The notes under the pieces: model-generated
What the model was told of the DNA's origin: nothing
Database searches by the model: none
The model's input: only the letters and a program-made list of their open reading frames with translations
From: Burkholderiaceae bacterium
Lineage (GTDB): Bacteria; Pseudomonadota; Gammaproteobacteria; Burkholderiales; Burkholderiaceae
Direction of reading: 5' to 3'
DNA length: 64,000 nt
Assembly (NCBI GenBank): GCA_031538895.1
Contig: JAVKLU010000020.1
Location: 108-64,107, forward strand
Made by a program: the position numbers and the translations under genes
Shown: positions 47,123-57,958 of the stretch, one piece after another
How the letters are laid out: the number at the start of each line of letters is the position of its first letter
Numbering within the stretch: the first letter of the stretch is position 1

Positions 47123-50100
47123 TTATTTTTTGCTTGTTGTTTTTCCTTTAAGCGGCGTTTTCACCGTCGGTTTGATTGCTTTGCTTACCGTTTTTTCCTT
47201 GCTTACCGTTTTGTCCTTGCTTAACGTTTTGTCCTTGTTTAGCGTTTTTGCTGTCGTCAGTTTTTCAGTTGGGGGAGGTTCAAGAAATGCTTTTTTAGGA
47301 CTCATCACTTTTTTCAGATAAGTCCCGGTCGCGCTATTTTTATTCGCCGCAACTTCTTCAGGCGTTCCCGTCGCCAAAATCAAACCGCCTCCATTGCCAC
47401 CTTCTGGGCCCAAATCAATCACCCAGTCAGCGGTTTTAATCACATCTAAATTATGTTCAATGATCACGACGGTATTGCCCATGTCACGCAAGTGATGCAA
47501 GACTTTCAACAACAAATCAATATCGTGAAAATGTAAACCCGTGGTCGGTTCATCCAAAATATATAAAGTACGACCGGTGTCGCGTTTGGACAGTTCCAAA
47601 GACAACTTGACCCGTTGCGCCTCGCCACCAGACAATGTGGTTGCGGCTTGGCCCAATTTGATATAGCCCAGACCGACTTGCAACAAGGTATCCAATTTTC
47701 GCGCCAGGGCTGGCACCGCGTTAAAAAATTGGTAGGCATCCTCAACCGTCATATCCAAAATCTGCGCAATGTTGCGGCCTTTGTAATGCACGTCGAGGGT
47801 TTCGCGGTTATAACGTTTACCCTTGCACGTATCGCAAGGCACATACATATCTGGCAGAAAATGCATTTCCACTTTCAACACGCCATCGCCTTCGCAAGCT
47901 TCGCAGCGTCCGCCTTTCACGTTAAACGAAAAGCGACCGGCTTGATAACCGCGCTCTTTGGACTGTGGCACGCTGGCGAATAACTCGCGTATCGGCGTGA
48001 ACAATCCGGTATACGTCGCCGGATTAGAACGCGGTGTGCGACCAATCGGTGATTGATCTACCGCGATCACTTTATCAAAATGATCCATCCCTTCAATCGC
48101 ATCATGCGGTGCCGGTTCGGTTTGTGCGCGATTGAGTTCATGCGCGGCAACCGCGTACAAAGTATCGTTAATCAAAGTCGATTTTCCTGACCCTGATACC
48201 CCCGTGATGCAGGTCATTAAACCAACCGGAATGGTGCAGTTGACCGCCTTTAAATTATTGCCGCGCGCGCCTTTAACCACCAATTGTTTATTCGGATCAG
48301 CTTGGTGTCGTTGTTCAGGCACTTTGATGGACAAGGTGCCATTCAAATATTGCGCGGTGAGTGATTCGCTATTTTTTTCAATATCTGCCGCCCTACCTTG
48401 GGCAATGACCGCACCGCCATGCACGCCGGCACCCAAACCCATATCGATCACATAGTCCGCCGCCCGAATCATGTCTTCATCGTGTTCCACCACCAAAACA
48501 CTATTGCCTAAATCGCGCAAATGTTTCAGCGTTGTAATCAAACGATCGTTGTCGCGTTGATGCAAACCAATCGAAGGTTCATCCAAAACATACATCACTC
48601 CCGTTAAGCCAGACCCAATTTGCGAGGCCAAACGAATCCGCTGTGATTCGCCACCGGATAAGGTTTCAGCACTACGATCTAAAGACAAATAATCCAAACC
48701 GACGTTGTTTAAAAAACTCAAGCGTGCGGCGATCTCTTTGATGATGCGCGAACCGATTTCGGCTTTCGCTCCGCTCAAAGTCAAATGCTGAAAGACCTGC
48801 AAACATTCCTTTAAGGACAAGGCCGACAAATCATAAATCGCGCGTCCAGGAAGCCCATTAAACAAATCTTCACCAATGCGCACAAAACGCGCAGCGGGTT
48901 TTAAACGCGAACCACCGCAATCAATACACAGTCGCCGATTGATGTATTGTGAGAGCTCTTCTTTGACCGCTAAAGAATCCGTATCGCGATAACGTCGTTC
49001 GTAGTTGGGAATGACACCTTCAAACGCGTGTTTTTTGCGGCTAGAGCCGTGCTCATGCGCGTACTCAAACGAAATTTCTTCTTTGCCCGATCCGTGCAAC
49101 ACTGCTTGTTGAACATTTTCCGCCATCTCTTCAAAGGGCGTATTGATATCCACCTTGTAATGCGCCAACACGCTTTTGATGATCGAAAACATAAACGGAT
49201 TACGCTTGTCCCAGCTTTTAATCGCGCCGCTGGCCAAGCTTAAATGCGGATAAGCAACGATACGCGCCGGATCAAAAAAATGCGTTGTGCCCAAACCATC
49301 GCAAGTACCACAGGCTCCAACCGGATTGTTAAACGAGAACAAACGCGGCTCTAACTCTTGCAAGGCATAACCGCACATTGGGCAGGCAAAACGATTAGAA
49401 AAAATCGTTTCTTGTTCAGTATCTAAATTAAAAACTTGCACTCGTCCATCCGCAATGCGCAGTCCGGCTTCCAGGCTTTCGGCTAAACGTTGCTTGTGTT
49501 CTGGTGCAATGCGCAGACGATCGACCACGACATCGATGGTGTGTTTTTCATTTTTTTTCAAAGTCGGCAAATCATCGACTTCGTAAATTTTGGCTCTTCC
49601 CGTACCGCTTTGAATACGAAAACGCACAAAACCTTGCGATTGCATATTGGTGAAAAAATCAAGGTGTTCGCCTTTACGATTTAACACCACTGGTGCCAAA
49701 ATCAAAATCCGTGCGTCTGCGCAATCGGTCAGGACACTATCAACCATTTGCGATACCGACTGCGCTTGCAAGGCGTGCCCGGGATGATCGGGACAATACG
49801 GCGTCCCAACGCGGGCATACAACAGGCGCAAGTAATCGTGAATTTCGGTGACTGTTCCAACGGTTGAACGCGGATTATGCGAAGTCGCTTTTTGTTCAAT
49901 CGAAATAGCGGGCGATAGACCCTCAATCAAATCAACATCTGGTTTTTCCATCAATTGCAAAAACTGACGCGCATACGCTGACAATGATTCGACGTAACGA
50001 CGTTGGCCTTCGGCATACAAGGTATCAAACGCTAAAGATGATTTTCCCGAACCTGATAAACCGGTGATGACCACTAATTCATCACGAGGAATATCTAAAT

Positions 50101-50152
50101 TAATGTTTTTGAGGTTGTGGGTGCGTGCACCGCGAACTCGAATTGTGGCCAT
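47123..50152 (-). CDS. uvrA: excinuclease ABC subunit A
   Basis: [17 protein letters not shown]..., two ABC modules ([19 protein letters not shown]), and CxxC zinc modules. It also has an unusual Lys/Thr-rich C-terminal tail. Confidence 0.95.
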   Translation of the reverse strand: MATIRVRGARTHNLKNINLDIPRDELVVITGLSGSGKSSLAFDTLYAEGQRRYVESLSAYARQFLQLMEKPDVDLIEGLSPAISIEQKATSHNPRSTVGTVTEIHDYLRLLYARVGTPYCPDHPGHALQAQSVSQMVDSVLTDCADARILILAPVVLNRKGEHLDFFTNMQSQGFVRFRIQSGTGRAKIYEVDDLPTLKKNEKHTIDVVVDRLRIAPEHKQRLAESLEAGLRIADGRVQVFNLDTEQETIFSNRFACPMCGYALQELEPRLFSFNNPVGACGTCDGLGTTHFFDPARIVAYPHLSLASGAIKSWDKRNPFMFSIIKSVLAHYKVDINTPFEEMAENVQQAVLHGSGKEEISFEYAHEHGSSRKKHAFEGVIPNYERRYRDTDSLAVKEELSQYINRRLCIDCGGSRLKPAARFVRIGEDLFNGLPGRAIYDLSALSLKECLQVFQHLTLSGAKAEIGSRIIKEIAARLSFLNNVGLDYLSLDRSAETLSGGESQRIRLASQIGSGLTGVMYVLDEPSIGLHQRDNDRLITTLKHLRDLGNSVLVVEHDEDMIRAADYVIDMGLGAGVHGGAVIAQGRAADIEKNSESLTAQYLNGTLSIKVPEQRHQADPNKQLVVKGARGNNLKAVNCTIPVGLMTCITGVSGSGKSTLINDTLYAVAAHELNRAQTEPAPHDAIEGMDHFDKVIAVDQSPIGRTPRSNPATYTGLFTPIRELFASVPQSKERGYQAGRFSFNVKGGRCEACEGDGVLKVEMHFLPDMYVPCDTCKGKRYNRETLDVHYKGRNIAQILDMTVEDAYQFFNAVPALARKLDTLLQVGLGYIKLGQAATTLSGGEAQRVKLSLELSKRDTGRTLYILDEPTTGLHFHDIDLLLKVLHHLRDMGNTVVIIEHNLDVIKTADWVIDLGPEGGNGGGLILATGTPEEVAANKNSATGTYLKKVMSPKKAFLEPPPTEKLTTAKTLNKDKTLSKDKTVSKEKTVSKAIKPTVKTPLKGKTTSKK

Positions 50153-50230
50153 AAGAAAAAATGAGGTAAAACGAAAAAGACCTAGTGCCCAAATGTCTAT
50201 AGCCCATCGTATGAATTACGATAAAGCTAA

Positions 50231-50476
50231 TTACGAGGCAGCTTGCCACTCGGCAGGGGTGAAGGCCTTGATCGATAGCGCATGAATTTCACTTTTCATA
50301 CGATCGCCCAATGCTGCATAGACCAATTGATGGCGCGCGATGCGCGAAAGTTGGGCAAATGCCGTACTCACAATAATCGCATTAAAGTGTTGACCGTCAC
50401 CGTCAACTTCAATGTGCTCGCACGCTAACTCTGCTGCGATATGGGTTTGAATGCTTAAAGGCGTAGGTAATGACAT
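50231..50476 (-). CDS. BolA-family protein
   Basis: 81 aa. …DGQHF.AIIVS..F…SRI.RHQLVY.AL…[13 protein letters not shown]. Confidence 0.75.
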   Translation of the reverse strand: MSLPTPLSIQTHIAAELACEHIEVDGDGQHFNAIIVSTAFAQLSRIARHQLVYAALGDRMKSEIHALSIKAFTPAEWQAAS

Positions 50477-50631
50477 AGGAGTAAAGTAAATATGTCGCGT
50501 GCAAACGACGCGCTAACAGCCCAGCATTATCGTGTAATTAATTTTGTTCACTATGCTGACTGAAAAATGCAGCCTGAAGGTTTTGCTCAAGCAATTCGTG
50601 GTGAATATCCTGCGTACTTTTTAATTTCAGA

Positions 50632-51330
50632 TTACAGGTCGCTCGATGCGTTTTTGTGACGAATATCTTTCCCTGCGACCACAAACACCACGTATTCCGC
50701 AATATTTTTTGTGTGATCACCAATTCGTTCAATCGCTCGACCGACGGCCATGCAATCCAAAGCTGTCGTAATCGTTGAAGAATCTCCTTGCATTACTTGA
50801 ATGACTGATTGCAACAACAAACGATAGGCTTGATCGAGGGTTTTATCATCCCGAATCACGCGCATTGCCGAATCCACATCTTGTCGCGCAAAGGTATCCA
50901 AGGCCGACCGCAATTGGCTGACCGCCAAGTCGTACGCGACGCGAATCGTGGCATTAGGATCAAAGTTGGTTAAGGTTTTAATGTCGCGCTTGTCTTCGGG
51001 AGCGTTCAATACAATCCGCGCGATCTTGGCCGACTCATCGCCCATGCGTTCAATATCCGTAACAATTTTTAAAGTCGCCATCACAGCGCGCAAATCATTC
51101 GCGGCAGGTTGACGGCGCACAATCAAATGCACGCAAGCATCATCCAAAGCCAATTCCATGCTGTTGACTTCTTCGTCCATCGCGACCACTTTGGCGGCCG
51201 CAACTTTGTCATTGCTTAAATAAGCTTGTACCGCGTCGCAAAACTGTGCTTCAACCAAGCCGGCCATTTGCAGGACTTTGCTGTGAATATCGTTTAAATC
51301 TAAATCGTATTGTTTTGAGGCGTGATTCAT
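50632..51330 (-). CDS. phoU: phosphate signaling complex protein PhoU
   Basis: Two PhoU repeats (…DIERMGDE…, …AIERIGDH…). Downstream of pstB. Start at MNHASKQY. Confidence 0.9.
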   Translation of the reverse strand: MNHASKQYDLDLNDIHSKVLQMAGLVEAQFCDAVQAYLSNDKVAAAKVVAMDEEVNSMELALDDACVHLIVRRQPAANDLRAVMATLKIVTDIERMGDESAKIARIVLNAPEDKRDIKTLTNFDPNATIRVAYDLAVSQLRSALDTFARQDVDSAMRVIRDDKTLDQAYRLLLQSVIQVMQGDSSTITTALDCMAVGRAIERIGDHTKNIAEYVVFVVAGKDIRHKNASSDL

Positions 51331-51403
51331 TTTTTTCCTTTGATTCAAAATCAATGCGCTAAACGCATTGCTAATTCAACAAATAATTACCAACTCAATC
51401 GAT

Positions 51404-52180
51404 TTAACCAAAACGTCCGGTTAAGTAGTCTTCTGTTTCTTTACGTTTTGGTTTCAAAAACAATTCATCGGTCACACCGTATTCAACCAAATCACCTAAA
51501 TACATATAGGCCGTAAAGTCAGACACCCGCGCCGCTTGCTGCATGTTGTGAGTCACAATCAAAATTGACACACGCTCTTTTAAATGCGCGATCAATTCTT
51601 CAATACTCGCCGTGGCAATGGGATCAAGTGCTGAAGTCGGTTCATCAAATAATAAAATTTCAGGTTCGGTTGCCAAACATCGCGCAATACACAAACGCTG
51701 TTGCTGACCGCCGGATAAAGAATTTGCCAATTCATGCAAACGGTGCTTGACTTCTTTCCACAAAGCCGCGTCTTTCAAAGCTTGTTCAACACGGTCTTCG
51801 ATTTCGGTGCGGCTTAAAGAACCGCGCAAACGTAAGCCGTAGGCGACGTTTTCAAAAATTGACTTCGGAAAAGGATTGGGTTTTTGGAATACCATCCCAA
51901 TACGCATTCGTACTTCTATCGGATCAACTTCCGGTGCCAAAATATTGGTATCGTCCGGATACAAACGAATTACGCCGTCGTAACGCGTGCCCGGATACAA
52001 ATCATGCATCCGATTAAACGAACGCAACAGCGTTGACTTGCCACAACCTGATGGCCCAATTAAGGCAGTGACTTTCTTATCGCAAAGAGTCAAATTTACA
52101 TTTTTCAAGGCTTGGAATGCGCCGTAATAAAAACTAAAATTTTGCGCTTCAGCTTTCACATCTAGTTTGGTTTCGTTCAT
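51404..52180 (-). CDS. pstB: phosphate ABC transporter ATP-binding protein
   Basis: [34 protein letters not shown]. Confidence 0.95.
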   Translation of the reverse strand: MNETKLDVKAEAQNFSFYYGAFQALKNVNLTLCDKKVTALIGPSGCGKSTLLRSFNRMHDLYPGTRYDGVIRLYPDDTNILAPEVDPIEVRMRIGMVFQKPNPFPKSIFENVAYGLRLRGSLSRTEIEDRVEQALKDAALWKEVKHRLHELANSLSGGQQQRLCIARCLATEPEILLFDEPTSALDPIATASIEELIAHLKERVSILIVTHNMQQAARVSDFTAYMYLGDLVEYGVTDELFLKPKRKETEDYLTGRFG

Positions 52181-52205
52181 AAATTTTTCAGCAAAATTCC
52201 AATAA

Positions 52206-52348
52206 GGGCACTTCTATAAATACAGAATGTGCGGATGAAGTGCGAGGCGCTCAGCACACAGAAACCGGAGCGTACATACAGTACGTGAGGATTTCGCGTA
52301 CTGCGCAACAAAGCAATTCGCCGCAAAAATGAATTGATAGAAGTGCCC
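52206..52348 (+). mobile_element. 143-bp MITE-like element, copy B (within the pstA-pstB spacer)
   Basis: Same TIRs (GGGCACTTCTATAAAT…ATTGATAGAAGTGCCC), flanked by a direct ATAA/ATAA. Confidence 0.75.
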
Positions 52349-52391
52349 ATAACAATCAAGTAAGTGCTTACCGCAAAAAATAACTACAGGG

Positions 52392-53309
52392 TTACCACTT
52401 AATACGTTTACGCAATTGATAGCGCACCACAATTGCCGCACCATTCATCGCCAGTGTCATCAACACCAATACCACACCGGCGGCGGCGGCGTTTTGCACA
52501 AAAGCGGCTTCTGGACGCGAAGTCCAGTTAAACATTTGAATCGGCATTACCGTGAACGCTGAAAAAAGCCAATCAAAATTCAAAAATGGCGCGTCAGTTC
52601 CAATCGGAGATGGCGGTAAAAATGCAATAAACGTCAACGCACCTATCGTAATAATCGGCGCGGTCTCACCAATCGCTCGCGATAAACTGATAATGATTCC
52701 AGTCAAAATTCCAGATGCTGAATACGGCAAAACGTGATCACGCGTCACTTGCCACTGCGTTGCACCTAGGCCATATGCGGCTTCGCGGATGTATTGTGGA
52801 ATCGCACGAATTGATTCGCGCGTTGCCACAATCACAATTGGCAGCGCTAATAAACCCAAAGTCAGCCCCGCCGACAAAATACTTTGTCCAAATCCAAAAG
52901 CGTAAACAAAAACACCTAAGGCCAATAGACCATACACAATCGAGGGCACACCTGCCAAATTACTCACGTTGATTTCGATAATGTCAGTCATCCAATTTTT
53001 GGGCGCGTATTCTTCCAAGTAAACCCCTGCCGCGACTCCCAGAATCACTGAAGTCATACTGGTCACCAACATCACCAAAAGCGAACCAACCCATGCCGAA
53101 AAAATTCCGGCGCGTGCCGCGTGGCGCGATGGAAATTGCGTAAAAAAATCGGCGTTTAAACGTGGCCATCCATCCAACAACATTTGTGCAAATAACACAA
53201 TAAAAACCATCACCGCGAGCATTAAGGCTAAAAAACTACTGACCGAAAAAATCACATCCCAGCGGCGATTTTTTTTAACTAACTGAGAGAGCTTGCTTGA
53301 ATTCATCAT
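52392..53309 (-). CDS. pstA: phosphate ABC transporter permease PstA
   Basis: Polytopic permease with an EAA-type loop (…REAAYGLGATQWQV…). Operon position. Confidence 0.9.
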   Translation of the reverse strand: MMNSSKLSQLVKKNRRWDVIFSVSSFLALMLAVMVFIVLFAQMLLDGWPRLNADFFTQFPSRHAARAGIFSAWVGSLLVMLVTSMTSVILGVAAGVYLEEYAPKNWMTDIIEINVSNLAGVPSIVYGLLALGVFVYAFGFGQSILSAGLTLGLLALPIVIVATRESIRAIPQYIREAAYGLGATQWQVTRDHVLPYSASGILTGIIISLSRAIGETAPIITIGALTFIAFLPPSPIGTDAPFLNFDWLFSAFTVMPIQMFNWTSRPEAAFVQNAAAAGVVLVLMTLAMNGAAIVVRYQLRKRIKW

Positions 53310-53311
53310 GA

Positions 53312-54217
53312 TTAATAAGCTTCGCGATATTTACGACGGATGTAATGACCAATTAAATTGAAAAACAAAGTAATTAACATCAAACTTAAACCCACGGCAA
53401 AAATCGATTGGTAACCCACCGAGCCATGTGGCAAATCACCCATCGCTACTTGCACAATATAGGATGACACGGTTTGACCGGCTTCCATCGGGTTAAACGA
53501 TAAATTTGGTTGCATACCAGCGGCGATCGCAACAATCATGGTCTCGCCAATTGCCCGCGAGATTCCTAAAATATACGCCGATAAAACACCGGATAAGGCA
53601 GCAGGGAACACCACTCGAACCGAAGTCTGAAAACGCGTTGCCCCCATACCGTACGAACCCTCTCGCAAATTCATTGGCACTGCGCGCATCGCGTCTTCGG
53701 TTAACGAACTGATGTAGGGAATAATGGCAATTCCCATGATTAAACCCGCCGACAACATGTTGAAACCAGGCAAATCTGGCAACATTTTTTGCAACAAGGG
53801 CGTAATCAAAGTCAAGGCAAAATAGCCGTAGACCACTGTTGGGACGCCGCCCAATAACTCCAAACAGGGTTTGACAATTTCACGCACCCGATGACTAGAG
53901 AATTCTGAAATGTAAATCGCGATGATGGTCCCCATCGGAATTGCCACTAACAAAGCGACCATCGACGTTGTCAAAGTTCCCGTCAATAAAGGCATAATGC
54001 CGTAACGCGGGCTGTCAAACAAAGGGAGCCAAACTGTATCGGTTAAAAAATCCCATATAGATACCAACTTAAAAAAACCTGCCGCGCCACTAATCAATAC
54101 CCAAAAAATACCAAAGGTGACTAAAACCGAAGTCGCCGCTGCGCAAAACAGCAAAAACTCAATTACCCTTTCGGATAATCGACGTGTACGACGTGGGGGA
54201 CGCGCGGAAAGAGTCAT
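53312..54217 (-). CDS. pstC: phosphate ABC transporter permease PstC
   Basis: Polytopic permease (…REGSYGMGATRFQT…). Operon position. Confidence 0.9.
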   Translation of the reverse strand: MTLSARPPRRTRRLSERVIEFLLFCAAATSVLVTFGIFWVLISGAAGFFKLVSIWDFLTDTVWLPLFDSPRYGIMPLLTGTLTTSMVALLVAIPMGTIIAIYISEFSSHRVREIVKPCLELLGGVPTVVYGYFALTLITPLLQKMLPDLPGFNMLSAGLIMGIAIIPYISSLTEDAMRAVPMNLREGSYGMGATRFQTSVRVVFPAALSGVLSAYILGISRAIGETMIVAIAAGMQPNLSFNPMEAGQTVSSYIVQVAMGDLPHGSVGYQSIFAVGLSLMLITLFFNLIGHYIRRKYREAY

Positions 54218-54432
54218 AAAAATTATGTCGAACGTAAATAAAACATCATCCCATCAAGAACTGCCTAAAAATTACCGAAAAACAACTTAAAAACTGATTC
54301 GGTACCGCTTTAGACGCTTTGTGTTAGCGGTGCTTGAAACTCACCATCATTCACTGAAAATACTGATCAAACCACCTAAATCATGACTTGATCAGCATCC
54401 TTAAAATACCATAACAATCACGCGACAACAGT

Positions 54433-55431
54433 TTAATGCTGGCCTTCGCGTTTCAAAATCTCATCTAAAGTTGCACCGATATCTGCGTGACCACCAAACA
54501 CAGTGCCTAATTTTTTGTTGTTAATATTTTTGGCCACCAAAGAATAAAAATGTTCCGCTAAAGGAACGTACTTCACTTCTTTCACCAATTTTGGCGCTTG
54601 CTTTAAATAATAATAAACAAAAGCCGCAACTTCTGGTTTGGCCATTGATTTTTCGCTGACATAAATAAACAATGGACGCGCCAGTGGATTGTACTCACCA
54701 CTAATCACCGATTGTTCGCTGGGTTCAATCGCTTTACCTGCTTTGTTCACAATCGGCACTACACGCAATTTAGCTTTGTTTTCAATGTAATAGGCATAAC
54801 CAAAATAGCCCAATCCACCTTTATCACGCGATACGCCTTGCACTAGGACATTGTCGTCTTCGCTAGCGGTGTAATCGCCGCGTGATGATTTGGCCTTGCC
54901 ATTGATCGCTTCGGTGAAGTAATCAAACGTTCCCGAATCCGAACCTGGGCCGTATAACTTCAAGGGTGTTGCACCAAATGCAGGGTTGACTTGATTCCAT
55001 GAAGTCACTTTGCCTTGCGCATCGGCTTCCCACATTTTTTTCAATTCGGCAACAGTCAATTGTTTAACACTGGTATTACTTGGATTAACGACCACAGTTA
55101 AGGCGTCAAACGCAATTGGTAATTCGTAATACTTGATATTGGTTTTAGCGCACTCTTCCATCTCTTTTTTCAAAATAGGACGTGACGCATCAACAATATC
55201 GATTTCACCGCGACAGAATTTTTTAAAACCACCACCCGTGCCCGAAATGCCCACGGTGACTTGAATTTTACCTTTTTGTGAGGTTTGGAAATCTTCAGAA
55301 ACCGCTTCAGTAATTGGATATACCGTGCTTGAACCATCAATTTTTACGGTGGTTTTAGCGTGGATTGGTGCGGCTAAATGTGCGGTTAAACAAAAAATCG
55401 CCAGCGCTATCACAATGATTTTTGTACTCAT
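54433..55431 (-). CDS. pstS: phosphate ABC transporter substrate-binding protein PstS family
   Basis: Signal peptide, GSSTVYPI and [10 protein letters not shown] motifs. First gene of the pst operon. Confidence 0.85.
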   Translation of the reverse strand: MSTKIIVIALAIFCLTAHLAAPIHAKTTVKIDGSSTVYPITEAVSEDFQTSQKGKIQVTVGISGTGGGFKKFCRGEIDIVDASRPILKKEMEECAKTNIKYYELPIAFDALTVVVNPSNTSVKQLTVAELKKMWEADAQGKVTSWNQVNPAFGATPLKLYGPGSDSGTFDYFTEAINGKAKSSRGDYTASEDDNVLVQGVSRDKGGLGYFGYAYYIENKAKLRVVPIVNKAGKAIEPSEQSVISGEYNPLARPLFIYVSEKSMAKPEVAAFVYYYLKQAPKLVKEVKYVPLAEHFYSLVAKNINNKKLGTVFGGHADIGATLDEILKREGQH

Positions 55432-55599
55432 TTTAAAACTCTCCTAAAAATAGCTACGATCAAAATTCAGTCAATACAACAAACCTTCAATCAGTAAATT
55501 CCCAGTCAAGCTCATATCTATTTGTGGCCGACCTGATCTGGGTTTTGTCGTAAAAAACTGGCCCTAGTCTTTTTACAGCGCCGATTGTAGGTAGCCTAT

Positions 55600-55617
55600 G
55601 TGACAGGATTGTGACAA
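55600..55617 (-). promoter_or_regulatory. Pho box (PhoB binding site) upstream of pstS
   Basis: The minus strand reads TTGTCAC-AATC-CTGTCAC. These are two 7-bp direct repeats with 11-bp periodicity, matching the CTGTCAT-N4-CTGTCAY consensus. Confidence 0.65.
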
Positions 55618-55844
55618 AACTGATTTTTTTTAATTTATCGCCAGGTTTCGTATTGAAGTTTCGTATCGAAATATGCGACTAAAACCTCGTGAATTCCTTT
55701 TGACTTCAGGTGCAAAATTGCATATTTATGCTGGTAAATATGTCGCAACCCATACAGAATCTTCACAAATCGCTTACTAAAATTCTACAAATACTTTCTA
55801 GACTTCATCCATCGTAAAGCCTATTTGCAGAGATCCCTTAATCA

Positions 55845-55915
55845 CCTTAATTTAAGCATCCTAATTTAAGCATCCTAATTTAAGCATCCTAATTTAAGCA
55901 TCCTAATTTAAGTAC
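55845..55915. repeat. about 5 copies of a 14-bp tandem repeat (CCTAATTTAAGCAT)
   Basis: ccttaatttaagcat, then three copies of cctaatttaagcat, then cctaatttaagtac. It ends about 47 nt upstream of the ATG at 55963. Confidence 0.8.
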
Positions 55916-55962
55916 CCCAATGAAGGTTTTCGATATTGACTAATTATTTTTAGGAGTTCGTA

Positions 55963-56460
55963 ATGAAACTGAACAAAATTATTCTCGTCGGCCTAATGAC
56001 TTTGGGCGCTTTAGCACTGAACACCAGCGCGCACGCAGATGACAAAATGGGTGAAAAAATGGAGCGTTTCCACCAAGCTCAAATGGATCGTTTGAAAACT
56101 AAATTAAAGTTGGAACAAAATCAAATGGCGGCTTGGGATACTTTTTTACAAAAAAGTAAACCGCCTGTCCATGATCAAAATTTGAAAGCCGAGTTAGATA
56201 AATTAAGTACGCCAGACCGTATGAAGAAATTACAAGAAGTCGGCAACGCGCACTTTACTGCCCATTACGAAGCGGTTTCGGCTTTCTATAGCACTCTGTC
56301 AGCAGAGCAGAAAAAAACTTTTGATGTGGAGTTTGCACCCAGTGCACAAGAAATGCGCAATAAGTTTGCGAATCGCATGAATAAAAATATGGATAAAAAA
56401 ATGGCGCATGAAAAAACGCCACATAATCCTGCAAAAAAAGACGCCTCAACAGCACCGTAA
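55963..56460 (+). CDS. periplasmic Spy/CpxP-family (LTxxQ-type) protein
   Basis: Signal peptide and helical K/Q/E-rich repeats with LTxxQ-like elements (LEQNQMAAWDTF, LSAEQKKTF). Confidence 0.65.
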   Translation: MKLNKIILVGLMTLGALALNTSAHADDKMGEKMERFHQAQMDRLKTKLKLEQNQMAAWDTFLQKSKPPVHDQNLKAELDKLSTPDRMKKLQEVGNAHFTAHYEAVSAFYSTLSAEQKKTFDVEFAPSAQEMRNKFANRMNKNMDKKMAHEKTPHNPAKKDASTAP

Positions 56461-56534
56461 TTAGGACATCGCACGTGATGATTAAGGTCTGATGATTAAG
56501 GTCTAATACCTAATCAGGTCTTTAGTCAAGCCCG

Positions 56535-57806
56535 TTAAGATGCCAGAAAGACCGTGACGCGCCATTGTGCGTCGCGGTCTTTTTGTATTTGACGCAAATG
56601 TATCTTTTTCATATTGGGCGAATGTTCCTGATTCTGTTTTGACCAACTCTGACGCCATTGTTCAATTTCTGCAAGATCACGCGTCAGCAATTGCACCGTC
56701 AAACGGCCCCTCTCCCATCGCAAAAACTCCACCTGACTGTGTATCGGAATGCTACTCCACAAGGCCACCACATCGTCCATTGTTTGACTTTGCCGCTGGG
56801 TTCGTTGATCACGTTGAATTTGATTTTTCTGCTGCTGCAGCGATTGCTGGTCGCGCGAAAATTGCCGCGCCAGCACATTACTGGTGACCATTTTTTGTTG
56901 CTGTACATCCGCTAACTCCAAATTTGCTTGCCGCGCGCGTGGGAAAAAATCTTGCTCAATTACCTTGTTCAAAACACCCAGCGAAAAATAAAGTGCTAAA
57001 ACAACGATGCCCACGATAACTATTTTGCCGATGTTGCGTGAATCTAGATTGAACCAATCGTCAGCACGGCGTTTTAAGATCATGGATTCATCAAACAAAC
57101 CGATCAATGCCTGTTGTGCCAGCGGATGCCAATGGTTTGCACGACGAACCAGCTTAATAGGCAAACCTTTTTGCCATTGATCCGCGTCACGCGCAGACAC
57201 TAACACTTGATCTATCTCGCCGCCCATTACTGCCATCAAGGCGCGCGGCACTGCTATCATGGCCAAAGAGACTACCTCAATTTTTGTCGTGTGATTTTGA
57301 CGTGAATGCGTCAATGACCAAAAGGTCATGTCTAAATCACAAGGCACGATTGACGCGCTTAATTTTTTAACCCTTAGCCGCATTTTGTGTAGATTGATGT
57401 CGGGCAAAGCGTAATCGGTGACGCTAACGCAAAATGCCGAATCAACTAGCCACACCACGCGACGCGGCGTCGGCATTCGCCCCAGAATTGACAAGCGTGA
57501 CCAACGACGAATTAAGTAAGTCAGCGAATCAGCAGACGAGTCACGGCCTTGCTCTGCTCTCGTCCATAGTGGTAAGGGGATGGTCCACATGCGAACTTGA
57601 CCCCAATGTTTGCGCACCAAAACAAATACCTCTCCATTCAAAGCCGCCACATAACGAGTCGGCAAGAGCCTTGATAGCGCCTGCACGACGAACGATTTGC
57701 CATCGTTCATTACAACACGCCATTTTTCTAAATGCGTATCGTCGTTGGGCGCGCGACCAGAGGGTAAATTTTGTGAACTATCGGGTTCAAAAATTAAGCT
57801 CATCAT
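56535..57806 (-). CDS. hypothetical membrane-anchored protein
   Basis: 423-aa ORF with one central TM helix (IVIVGIVVLALYFSLGVL) and a Q/R-rich coiled segment after it. I recognise no family. Confidence 0.5.
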   Translation of the reverse strand: MMSLIFEPDSSQNLPSGRAPNDDTHLEKWRVVMNDGKSFVVQALSRLLPTRYVAALNGEVFVLVRKHWGQVRMWTIPLPLWTRAEQGRDSSADSLTYLIRRWSRLSILGRMPTPRRVVWLVDSAFCVSVTDYALPDINLHKMRLRVKKLSASIVPCDLDMTFWSLTHSRQNHTTKIEVVSLAMIAVPRALMAVMGGEIDQVLVSARDADQWQKGLPIKLVRRANHWHPLAQQALIGLFDESMILKRRADDWFNLDSRNIGKIVIVGIVVLALYFSLGVLNKVIEQDFFPRARQANLELADVQQQKMVTSNVLARQFSRDQQSLQQQKNQIQRDQRTQRQSQTMDDVVALWSSIPIHSQVEFLRWERGRLTVQLLTRDLAEIEQWRQSWSKQNQEHSPNMKKIHLRQIQKDRDAQWRVTVFLAS

Positions 57807-57958
57807 GACTCCTCAATTTGTCAATCGGTATCTTTTTTTGTATCTTTATTTATTTATACGCGGATAATAAAGAGCGTTAATGTTCGCTCTAAATCCTGAC
57901 AATCAGTTTTTGCACGCCTTTTATTTAAATAAGCGAATCCTATTTTATTTGCACGTTT

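Noticed and set aside
52214-52444. Small ORFs inside the MITE copies (also 37046-37366 and 59180-59413).
   Set aside because: The frames are not conserved between copies, since substitutions and orientation differ. They also extend into unrelated flanks, so they are artefacts of the repeat.
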